Source: a virus
Taxonomy: Duplodnaviria; Caudoviricetes
IMG/VR virus record: IMGVR_UViG_3300020414_000570
Location: 1 to 24,150 of that record
Length of the DNA stretch: 24,150 nt
Strand: one strand, 5' to 3'
A program made the position numbers and the translations under genes. Under the pieces are notes generated by a model. The model had not been told where the DNA came from. It was given only the letters and a program-made list of their open reading frames with translations, and did not search any database. The stretch's first letter is position 1. The number at the start of each line of letters is the position of its first letter. Shown in pieces: positions 1-9,286 of the stretch.

Positions 1-3000
1 GTATCTTCTATCACCGTGGTTAATGGTGGAAGTGGATATGAGACCAAGAAGAGAACTGCACCTATTACAGGAATCAATACATCCTCAAACATCATCACGA
101 TTAGTAATCATGATTATAAGAGTGGTGAAAAAGTTAAGTATAGTGTAGTTGGAACTGTTGCTGAAGGTCTGACTGATAATACTGAATATTATGTAACTAC
201 GATTGACAAAGATTCCTTTAGACTGTCTGCAGTTGGAGTCAGTTCTGATAAGGAGTTTTTCTATAGAACTAAGCAATATGCAGATATTAACTCTGTTGGT
301 GTAGGAACTCATACGTTCAACTATCCAGCAATTACAGCAACTTTAGTCGGTGATGTTGGTATATCCTCTGTTGGCACTCAGGAATTTAAAGCATCTATTC
401 AACCAATTGTAAGAGGTCAGATTACTTCGGTTCACCTTGAAAGTAATGGTGTTGGATATGGTTCTTCCGAAATCTTAAACTTTGATCGTCAACCAACAAT
501 TACTATTGGCAGTGGAACAAACGCTCAAGTAAAACCAGTTATAAGCAACGGAAGGATTGAGCAAGTTATTATTTTGAATAGTGGTTCTGATTATGTCTCT
601 ACTCCTGACTTAAGAATTACTGGAGATGGTATTGGCGCAGTATTAGTCCCAATCACCACTAATGGAGCTCTTACTGAAGTAAGAGTATTAGAACCAGGCG
701 CAGGATACTCTGAAGATACTACTAGAGTATTGGTAGAAAATACTTTTGATTTAGAACTTCAACCAGAGTTCTACTCTAATTTAAAAACTTGGAGAGTAAA
801 CTCCTTTGAAAAGAACTTCCCATTCTTTACAAAGGACGATGGTTCTATCAGACTTGGTAATAATGAACTTCAATATACTCACCTTTATGCTCCTAGAGTT
901 TTAAGAGAAAGTAACTATGCTGTAGATGCAGAAGGAAATATTCTTTACGGCGTTAGTGATCTAAGGAAAGTTAATAGTATTGAGGTTGACTCGGAACAAC
1001 ACTCACCAATTTTGGGATTTGCCTATGATGGTAATCCAATTTACGGACCATATGGATATACCACTCAAACTGGTGGTGCTGTAGTTCAGATGAGATCTGG
1101 ATACTTCCTTGATCTCAAGTCTGGTAGACCCCCTCTGTCCATATTCCCAGAAGGATTCTTTGTTGAGGATTACACTCACAAAAAGACCACTGATGTATCT
1201 TGCCTCGATGAGAACAACGGAAGATTCGGTGTAACTCCTGAATATCCAAACGGAACTTACGCTTACTTCATGACAGTCAATAATTTACAGACTGAAGCAT
1301 CTGGAGTGTTTGAAAAGTATAAGAAACCAACCTTCCCTTACATCATTGGTGAAAACTATCACTCTGTACCAAATGAATTTAACTTTGATCTTGCGTCAAA
1401 CCAAGATGACTTTGACTTTGGTGCAAATGGTCTCCGTAGAAACACCGACCCACTTAACTTAATTGAAGGAAATAGAGAGTATCCCTATGTTTCCATTCCT
1501 AACAAACTTAACCAGACAGCAAAAATAACTGCTGCTGCACCAGGAACAGTTGATTCTATTGGAATTTTGACCGGTGGTACTGGTTATAGAGTGGGAGATA
1601 CTCTTAACTTCAATAACACCAACACTGGTGGAGATAGTGCTTACGCTAAGGTCAGCAAAGTAAAAGGAAAACCAATCTCCAATATTAGTGTTGCATCTAG
1701 TTCTATTAGTGGTGTAGAAGTATATCCAAAGGCGTCTGGTCTTTACGAAGTTGTTTGTGACAACCCACATGAGTTTAGCAACTTAGATATTGTTACTATC
1801 ACCGGTATTTCCACAAATGCTAGTGGAATTGAAGGAACTTATATTGTAGGCATCTCTTCTAACGTACTCCGTATGGCGGGCGTTGGAACAACTGCGGTCG
1901 CAATCGGCACTGAAGGTGTAACTGGTTTGGTTACTCACTTTAGTGTAACAGGTGATATTCTTGCAACCAAGGTAAATGATGTCCTGGGTATCGGAACTGA
2001 GAAAGTTAAAGTCCTCAATGTAGACTTTGAAAACTCTAGACTCAGGGTTCTTAGAGCGGTTCGTGGAACTGTTTCTGCTGCACATACAATTGGTAAGTTC
2101 TTGATTGAAGATTCTCGTAATTTTGATATTAAAACAGGAATCACTTCAACATATAAGTTCAGAAGAAATGAGCAAGTATACTTTGATCCTAGCGAAACTG
2201 TTGGTTTAGGAACCACTGCTGGAGTTGGCATCGGTTCTACATTATCCTTTGCTAATCCAGGTGCAGGAATTACTCAGAAGTTCATTCCAACCAAGTCTCT
2301 CTTCTTCAAGAATCATAACTTTAAGACTGGCGACCAACTGACATATTCACCTGGAAATGGTGGAACTGGTCTCTACGTTCAGGATGAAACAAATGTAGGT
2401 GTAGGAACCACTCTGACTAGTGGACAAAAACTATTTGTTGCTAAGATTGATGATGACCTCATCGGAATTGCAACTGTAAGAGTTGGATTAGGAACAACTG
2501 GAACTTTTGTTGGAGTTGCTGCATCTCATAGAAACTCTTCGACTCTATTCTTTAAAGGTGTTGGTGTTGGTAACACTCATAGTTTCACAACCAATCATAC
2601 TGTAATTACTGGAGAATCTAAGAAAAACACAGTCACAGTCACCACAACTGAGGCACATGGTATTAGTGCTAAGCACAGAGTTGATGTATCAGTCAATCCA
2701 AGAACAGAACAAACTGTAGTTGTAAAATATAATGACTACAATAGAAATCTTATTTTCAACCCTCTTGGTTTCTCCTCCACTGGTATTAATACTTCTACTG
2801 GTGCAATCTTCATTCAGGACCACAACTTATCCAGTGGCGATAAAGTAATTTACAACGTTGGTGTTGGAAGCGATGTTTCAAGTGGACTGACAAATGATAA
2901 GGTTTACTATATCACTAGAGTTGATGATGATAACTTTAAGTTATCAGATAGTTACTATAACGCTACAAGAGATATTCCTGTAACAGTTGGAATTGCTAGT

Positions 3001-6000
3001 ACTGGACTCACTGGTGGTAACATCAACCCAATTAACCCACCAGTCACACTGTATAAAGACTCCATCGTAACCTTTGACCTTTCAGATGCTACTCTTGGAT
3101 ATTCTGTATTGGGATCTGATTACCCTGCGTTTGACTTTAATCTCTACAGAGATAAAGATTTTGAAGTCCCCTACACTGGTTTTAATCTAGTTAAGTCTGG
3201 TCAGGTAGGTTCTGCTGGAGGTAAGGCAGTATTAACTGTTAACTCAAGTCTGCCTGAGATTCTCTACTACAATGCTGATTTAATTTATGATTCAACCTTA
3301 CCTACAATTAAGGCTGAAAGAACAGTAGATACTGATGTAATCTCTGGAAATGAAATTGCTATAACAGATAGCATGTACAATGGTAATCATAGAATCATTA
3401 TTGGAACCACCACATCGTTCTCTTACGATTTGCCTGATGTTCCTGAGAGTGTATCCTATGCTTCAACTACATCTACACTTCTGTATGAAACTGACTGCGA
3501 TCATACGAGAGGTTCAATTGCTAAGATCGACATTATAAATCCTGGAAAGAATTATTACGCACTGCCAGGAATCAATACACTTACTACCAATGGCGGTATC
3601 GGTGCAATATTAGAAGCACAAAGCACTACCATTGGTGCCCTTAAGTCTGGTTCAATCCAAGACATTGGATTTGGTCTGCCTTCAGATTCTACCCTGAGAC
3701 CAAGACTTCTGTTCCCACAGACTATTCGCATTGAACCACTGGCGACATTTGCCCAAGTAGGAATCACTTCTTTTGGTAGAGGATTCTCAATCACTCCCAA
3801 ACTGGTTGTTATTGATGGTCAAACTAATCTGCCTATCAATGATGTAGACCTTAGAATGACTCTTGGAAGTTCTGAAGTTGAGATCTTTAAGAATACAAAC
3901 GGACTGTCCAATGTCACTCCTACAATTATTCCAACTGGAACTGACTCTGGCGTAGGTATCAGCACGATTGAATACTTCCCTGCAACCAAAGATGCACTGA
4001 TTACCCTTTCTGTAGGATTCAGCACAGCAAATAGTTTCCCCTTCGCTGTCGGTGATAAGGTCCTTGTAGAGAACGTAAGTGTTGGAGTTGGTTCTACAGG
4101 TACAAACTTTAACTCTGCTGGATACGATTACAAGTTATTTGAGTTGACTGAAGTCACTCCTAATCTTGGTGGAATCGGATCTGTCAGATTCAACATGAAC
4201 AACCTGTTCAAAGCGAATCAAGTTCCAGGTCAGTTTGACGCTGTAAACTCTGCAGGAAGAATCACTGCACAAAAACACTTCCCCATCTTTGAATCTTTCT
4301 TAGAACTCAACGATTATATTGTTGGTGAAACTGTCACCTCTGGTTCTAAGACTGGTAAAGTTGAAGATTGGAATCCAATCACTTCTATCGTCAGGATATC
4401 CTCTGATGATGATTTTGTAGTTGGAGAGAAAATTACAGGTAAATCCTCTAACGTTGTTAGTGTTGCCTCTTCTGTTACTTCGTTTGAATCGTATCTTAAC
4501 TATGCTGCAACTTCTAAAGTTGTTAGAGGATGGCAAGATGACTCTGGAGAACTTAACTACAATCTTCAAAGAGTTCAGGATAACTTCTATTATCAGAGAT
4601 TCTCCTACTCTCTGAAATCGGAAATTCCATATGACACCTGGAATGACGTTGTTTCTGCAACTAACCATACTTTAGGTTATAAGAAATTCTCTGACTATCA
4701 GTTGGAATCAACTAACTCCAATTTGATGAAGGTTGGTCTTTCTACTGAACTTGGAACTGTTGATACTGTAAATGACCTTACTGGATTTGGTAATCTCAAT
4801 TGTGTTGCCGATTTCGACCTTGTTACAGAGAACAATATTAACTCGGGAACAATTTCCGATGAGATGGTATTCGCTAACAGAATTCTTTCTGATTACTTTG
4901 AGTCTGTCGGAAACAGAGTTCTTTCGATTGATAATTTCCAGAATCAGTTCAATAGTGAACCAAGACCTACACCTTTCAGTGTTGTCAATATCTTTGATTT
5001 GACAAAGAGAGCACACAAATTTATCACTTATGTAAGAGATAAGAGATTCACTGCACAGAGACAACTGCTTATTGTTGATTTACTCAACGATGGTTCTAAT
5101 GCTTATATGAACCAGTATGGCAGAGTAGAAACTGCATACGACCAAGGTTCATTTGATTTCTCTATCACTGGTACTGAAGGACAATTAACCTTCTTCCCAA
5201 CCAAATCTTCGGTTAATGATTATGAGGTTACTACGGTTGACTACAACTTATTGACAACTCTCGCTGGAGTCGGTAACACAAATATCGGTGGTATTGTTGA
5301 TGTATCCACCGCAAGCACACATATTAACAGCGGTACAACTAAAACAATTGTATCGATTGCAAATACATACACCTCAGCAAAAGTTCTTGTTAATGTCAAT
5401 GCAGATATTAACTCAAACAAATATGAAATGGTTGAGTTAAACATCGTTCATGATGGAACTAATGTTGAACTCCTTGAATATGGAAGATTGACCACAGGTG
5501 GATTTGCTGAATCTTCTGAATTAACTGGACTTGGAACCTATCACCCTTACATTGATGGTTCTAATCTGAAGGTTGATTTCGTACCTAATGTTGGTATTGC
5601 CACCACTGGCGTTGTCAATACAATGGCAGTTGGACTTGCTACTGCAACTTCTACTGGTATCTCAACCATATCACTTAAGAGGTCTGATTTTGAAGGAAGA
5701 GTAACATCGATTAGTGCATCTGGTTCTCCAGGTATTACTACAGTTGCTTCCTACACTGGACCGTTTGATGGTGCATATCACCTCGTACAGGTCACTGACA
5801 CAACAAACCACAGAGTTCAGTTGTCTGAATTGGTTGTAGTTGATAGTTTTGTGGATACGTCTAATCCATATGACGTATTCTTTACTGAGTATGCGAATAT
5901 TGAGACTCACGCTGGACTTGGAACATTCGGTACTTTAATTGATTCAAACGGAACCACATCCCTGGTGTTTACGCCAGAAGCGAGTATCAATGCAGTCGTC

Positions 6001-9000
6001 ACTGTATTCACTAATTCACTCTCCTTAACTGTCACTGACGCATCCAGTCCAAGTGTTATAGATTTCAGCAATGGAACAATTCAGACTGAAGATGGTTCCT
6101 ATCAGGGAACTGATTCAGACATCAAGAGAGCATTCGGATTAACTCATGATAATAATGAAATCTTTGAAAGATACTTCGTTGGAAATGATAGCAACATTGT
6201 TAGTGTAGACAATAATACAATTAAAATTCCTAATCACTTCTTCGTAAGTGGTGAAAAAATCAAATATCATCATGTTGGCACTGCTTCCTCTGCGGTTGGC
6301 GTTGGCACTACATCCTTCACCGGTGTAGGAAATACCACATTCTTACCTGAAGAGAATATCTTTGCAATCAAGGTTGATGATAATACAATTAAACTTGCTA
6401 CTAGTGCCGCAAATGCACTTCAGGAAGTTCCCATTGCAGTTGAACTTGAAAGCGTTGGTATTGGAACTTCGCATAGATTCGTAGCAACCAATCAAAATGC
6501 TAAGGTCATGGTTGCCATTGATAACGTTTTACAGTCTCCTGTTGTTGCTACGGCAGTTACAACTGGTATCTCTACAAACGTCACGATATTTGATGAACAA
6601 GTTAAGTTTAGTGGTATCACATCATTCTTCGGATCTGACTTGATTCAAATTGGTGATGAGATTATGAAGATTGAAGGTATTGGTATTGGAGTTACCAATG
6701 CTATCAGAGTTCGTAGAGGATGGTTGGGAACCAGACCTGGTGCCGCTGATACTGGTGCTTTGGTGACAAAAGTAACTGGTAATTACAATATCGTTGATAA
6801 TGTTCTCAACTTTGTTGAGGCACCTTTCGGTAATACTCCTATCGGTTCTACAACCAACCCACCTGACGAAAGAGATTTTGTCGGAATTACCACAAGTTCA
6901 AGTTTCCAAGGCAGAACTTTCATAAGGTCTGGTATTACTGGCAGTTCTAACAACTCTTACAGTAAGAACTATATCTTTGATAATATTAACAGTGGTTTCA
7001 ACGGAACTACAAGTCAATTTACATTAAAACAATCGGGTTCAAATGTAACTGGAATTGAAGATGAAAATGCAGTTATCCTAATCAATGACATTTTCCAAGT
7101 TCCATCTTCGACCAAAGATTATACCCTAACTGAAACTTCAGGTATTACCTCCATCACATTTAACGGTTCTTCCCCACAAACTCCTCTTGGACCTGATGTT
7201 GGTATTTCCAGTTTCCCCAAAGGTGGTGTAATCGTATCCGTTGGTTCTACTGAAGGATTTGGATATCAACCTCTAGTTGCTGCTGGTGGAACCGCAATCA
7301 TTTCTGGATTCGGAACTATCTCATCTATCAGCATTGGTAACAGTGGTTCTGGATATAGAGCTGGTATTCAGACAACTGTCAATGTTGGCGTTGGAACCTC
7401 TAGCACTGGCACAGGCAATATTCAATTCGTTGGTGTTGCTTCTATCAGTAACGGTAACATCGTTAGTGTCGCGATCACAAACCCAGGAGTAGGTTTCACT
7501 CACACCAACCAACCATTTGTAGTATTTGATGCTCCAGCATCTTACTCTGATATGCGTCTGTTCTACAGTTCTTCTTCTGTTGCTGGAGTCGGAACTGAAG
7601 CAGTTGCAGATGTCGTAGTTGGTAATGGTTCTAGTGTAATTGACTTTGAAATTAAGAAGACTGGTTATGGTTATAGAGAAGGTGCAATTCTTACCGTTGC
7701 TATCGGCGGAACGACAGGAATTCCAACTACATCTTCTTTCTCTGGAAATGAATTCCAAATCACCGTTGATGAAATTGCAGATGACAAATTTGCTGGATGG
7801 TCTGTAGGAACCTTACAGGTTCTTGACAATATTGAAGACTTGATTGATGGTGCTAGAAAAGACTTCCCACTCAAATTGAATGGAGCAATCACCTCGATTG
7901 TTTCTGCCCCAGGTTCTAAGATTGATGTTCAAGATGTATTGATTATCTTTGTCAATGATGTTTTACAAGAACCAGGTGCAGGTTACGAATTTACTGGAGG
8001 AAGCACCCTCACCTTTACTGAGGCACTGAAGGTCGGTGATAAGGTAACAATCATCTTCTACAAAGGAAATGGTGACAGCGATGTTATCTTTAGAGATGTC
8101 ATTGAAACTGTCAAGAAAGGTGATACACTGCAACTCAAGCATATGGCAGGAGTTCAGGCACAGAGTCTTGATGAAGATGAAAGAAGTGTATTGAATGTTC
8201 TTTCAACTGGTAACGTTGCAACCAACCCTTACGCTGGACCAGGAAATACAAATGACGTAACTCTGTCAAGACCAGTTACCTGGTGTAGACAGACTGAAGA
8301 TAAGATTATTGAAGGTATTCCTACAGGTAAGGACAGAGAGTTGTATGAACCAGTTATTAACCCAACCTCATACATCATCAAGAATGTTGGTGTTGGTTCT
8401 ACTGCTGTATACGTTGATACACTAAGACCTCTGTTCAATCCACAAAACGAGGCATCTTCACTTTCGTTCCAGAACAAGATTAAGTTCATTCCACAAGAAC
8501 CTAAGGTTGGTGCATCCGCAACTGCCGTAGTCTCTGGATTTGGAACTATCTCGTCTGTCGTGATATCTGATGGTGGTGTTGGATACAGCACGGCGACTGT
8601 AAGTTTTGGTTACACTTCTGCATCTAGAGCATTTGGCACCGTCACGATTAGTGCGGGTGGAACTGTAACTGGTGTTGCAATTACCTCCCCTGGTGTTGGT
8701 TATACATATACAAGCGTGCCTACTGTCCTCATCTCTCCTCCAGGTCACACCGAAGAGGCGTGTAATGTTGATAGTTATGCTGGTGATAATGGTATTGTTG
8801 TTGGATTTGGAACTACCGCTGGTCCAAAACTAATCTTTGATATCCATGTTCCATACGACTCGTTCCTTAGAAACAGTGTTGTTGCGGGAACTGCTGTAAC
8901 AATCACCTCCATTCAGGCGAATGATTACTTCATGATTAAGAAGTCCAACGTCGGTGTTGGTTCTACATTCGTAGACGGAATATATGAAGTCGCTAGTGTA

Positions 9001-9261
9001 GAAACTTTGACCAGAGATGTTGTTGGAGTATCGACGACAGTCAAGAGATTGTTTGTTGATGCTACCAGCGTTCCTTCAGGATACTCCTCTGGAATCACAA
9101 CTTCCGATACTGGATTTGGTGACTTTAGTTGGGGAAGAATTGACCTTGCGTCAAGAAGCGTCCAAACATCATACACAGCATACACATCTGGTATAACTAC
9201 TTCGACTAGAGTGGTTAGAACTAACTTCTTAAAGTCTAAAAATTATACCGCAAACTCCTAA
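1..9261 (+). CDS. gp7: Giant baseplate wedge initiator gp7-like protein (T4-like cyanophage type), 5'-truncated by the window edge
   Basis: Frame +1 is open from base 1 (VSSITVVNGGSGYE...), so the GTG at 16 is probably internal; stop TAA at 9259-9261. Contains the motif QRVQDNFYYQRFSYSLKSEIPYDTWNDVVSATNHTLGYKKFSD (4567-4695), which I recognise from T4-like gp7 proteins, lies directly upstream of gp8, and is built from many G/S/T/V-rich beta modules. Confidence 0.82.
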   Translation, partial: VSSITVVNGGSGYETKKRTAPITGINTSSNIITISNHDYKSGEKVKYSVVGTVAEGLTDNTEYYVTTIDKDSFRLSAVGVSSDKEFFYRTKQYADINSVGVGTHTFNYPAITATLVGDVGISSVGTQEFKASIQPIVRGQITSVHLESNGVGYGSSEILNFDRQPTITIGSGTNAQVKPVISNGRIEQVIILNSGSDYVSTPDLRITGDGIGAVLVPITTNGALTEVRVLEPGAGYSEDTTRVLVENTFDLELQPEFYSNLKTWRVNSFEKNFPFFTKDDGSIRLGNNELQYTHLYAPRVLRESNYAVDAEGNILYGVSDLRKVNSIEVDSEQHSPILGFAYDGNPIYGPYGYTTQTGGAVVQMRSGYFLDLKSGRPPLSIFPEGFFVEDYTHKKTTDVSCLDENNGRFGVTPEYPNGTYAYFMTVNNLQTEASGVFEKYKKPTFPYIIGENYHSVPNEFNFDLASNQDDFDFGANGLRRNTDPLNLIEGNREYPYVSIPNKLNQTAKITAAAPGTVDSIGILTGGTGYRVGDTLNFNNTNTGGDSAYAKVSKVKGKPISNISVASSSISGVEVYPKASGLYEVVCDNPHEFSNLDIVTITGISTNASGIEGTYIVGISSNVLRMAGVGTTAVAIGTEGVTGLVTHFSVTGDILATKVNDVLGIGTEKVKVLNVDFENSRLRVLRAVRGTVSAAHTIGKFLIEDSRNFDIKTGITSTYKFRRNEQVYFDPSETVGLGTTAGVGIGSTLSFANPGAGITQKFIPTKSLFFKNHNFKTGDQLTYSPGNGGTGLYVQDETNVGVGTTLTSGQKLFVAKIDDDLIGIATVRVGLGTTGTFVGVAASHRNSSTLFFKGVGVGNTHSFTTNHTVITGESKKNTVTVTTTEAHGISAKHRVDVSVNPRTEQTVVVKYNDYNRNLIFNPLGFSSTGINTSTGAIFIQDHNLSSGDKVIYNVGVGSDVSSGLTNDKVYYITRVDDDNFKLSDSYYNATRDIPVTVGIASTGLTGGNINPINPPVTLYKDSIVTFDLSDATLGYSVLGSDYPAFDFNLYRDKDFEVPYTGFNLVKSGQVGSAGGKAVLTVNSSLPEILYYNADLIYDSTLPTIKAERTVDTDVISGNEIAITDSMYNGNHRIIIGTTTSFSYDLPDVPESVSYASTTSTLLYETDCDHTRGSIAKIDIINPGKNYYALPGINTLTTNGGIGAILEAQSTTIGALKSGSIQDIGFGLPSDSTLRPRLLFPQTIRIEPLATFAQVGITSFGRGFSITPKLVVIDGQTNLPINDVDLRMTLGSSEVEIFKNTNGLSNVTPTIIPTGTDSGVGISTIEYFPATKDALITLSVGFSTANSFPFAVGDKVLVENVSVGVGSTGTNFNSAGYDYKLFELTEVTPNLGGIGSVRFNMNNLFKANQVPGQFDAVNSAGRITAQKHFPIFESFLELNDYIVGETVTSGSKTGKVEDWNPITSIVRISSDDDFVVGEKITGKSSNVVSVASSVTSFESYLNYAATSKVVRGWQDDSGELNYNLQRVQDNFYYQRFSYSLKSEIPYDTWNDVVSATNHTLGYKKFSDYQLESTNSNLMKVGLSTELGTVDTVNDLTGFGNLNCVADFDLVTENNINSGTISDEMVFANRILSDYFESVGNRVLSIDNFQNQFNSEPRPTPFSVVNIFDLTKRAHKFITYVRDKRFTAQRQLLIVDLLNDGSNAYMNQYGRVETAYDQGSFDFSITGTEGQLTFFPTKSSVNDYEVTTVDYNLLTTLAGVGNTNIGGIVDVSTASTHINSGTTKTIVSIANTYTSAKVLVNVNADINSNKYEMVELNIVHDGTNVELLEYGRLTTGGFAESSELTGLGTYHPYIDGSNLKVDFVPNVGIATTGVVNTMAVGLATATSTGISTISLKRSDFEGRVTSISASGSPGITTVASYTGPFDGAYHLVQVTDTTNHRVQLSELVVVDSFVDTSNPYDVFFTEYANIETHAGLGTFGTLIDSNGTTSLVFTPEASINAVVTVFTNSLSLTVTDASSPSVIDFSNGTIQTEDGSYQGTDSDIKRAFGLTHDNNEIFERYFVGNDSNIVSVDNNTIKIPNHFFVSGEKIKYHHVGTASSAVGVGTTSFTGVGNTTFLPEENIFAIKVDDNTIKLATSAANALQEVPIAVELESVGIGTSHRFVATNQNAKVMVAIDNVLQSPVVATAVTTGISTNVTIFDEQVKFSGITSFFGSDLIQIGDEIMKIEGIGIGVTNAIRVRRGWLGTRPGAADTGALVTKVTGNYNIVDNVLNFVEAPFGNTPIGSTTNPPDERDFVGITTSSSFQGRTFIRSGITGSSNNSYSKNYIFDNINSGFNGTTSQFTLKQSGSNVTGIEDENAVILINDIFQVPSSTKDYTLTETSGITSITFNGSSPQTPLGPDVGISSFPKGGVIVSVGSTEGFGYQPLVAAGGTAIISGFGTISSISIGNSGSGYRAGIQTTVNVGVGTSSTGTGNIQFVGVASISNGNIVSVAITNPGVGFTHTNQPFVVFDAPASYSDMRLFYSSSSVAGVGTEAVADVVVGNGSSVIDFEIKKTGYGYREGAILTVAIGGTTGIPTTSSFSGNEFQITVDEIADDKFAGWSVGTLQVLDNIEDLIDGARKDFPLKLNGAITSIVSAPGSKIDVQDVLIIFVNDVLQEPGAGYEFTGGSTLTFTEALKVGDKVTIIFYKGNGDSDVIFRDVIETVKKGDTLQLKHMAGVQAQSLDEDERSVLNVLSTGNVATNPYAGPGNTNDVTLSRPVTWCRQTEDKIIEGIPTGKDRELYEPVINPTSYIIKNVGVGSTAVYVDTLRPLFNPQNEASSLSFQNKIKFIPQEPKVGASATAVVSGFGTISSVVISDGGVGYSTATVSFGYTSASRAFGTVTISAGGTVTGVAITSPGVGYTYTSVPTVLISPPGHTEEACNVDSYAGDNGIVVGFGTTAGPKLIFDIHVPYDSFLRNSVVAGTAVTITSIQANDYFMIKKSNVGVGSTFVDGIYEVASVETLTRDVVGVSTTVKRLFVDATSVPSGYSSGITTSDTGFGDFSWGRIDLASRSVQTSYTAYTSGITTSTRVVRTNFLKSKNYTANS

Positions 9262-9267
9262 TAAATA
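9260..9267 (+). promoter_or_regulatory. T4-type late promoter (AATAAATA) overlapping the gp7 stop codon, upstream of gp8
   Basis: Sequence ctccTAATAAATAaag; matches the TATAAATA/ATAAATA box read by the gp55 late sigma factor; about 20 nt before the gp8 ATG at 9287. Confidence 0.72.
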
Positions 9268-9286
9268 AAGAAAAACTCTGTCCAAA

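Noticed and set aside
16-18. GTG start assigned to the first ORF
   Set aside because: The frame is open to base 1 and the sequence there is mid-repeat (ITVVNGGSGY), so the true start lies upstream of the window.
7303-8559. Near-identical 27-nt segments (tctggatt(c/t)ggaactatctc) as a possible DGR template/variable pair or recombination site
   Set aside because: Short, in frame (SGFGTISS), differences are not confined to adenines, and no reverse transcriptase or recombinase is in the window; explained by module duplication.
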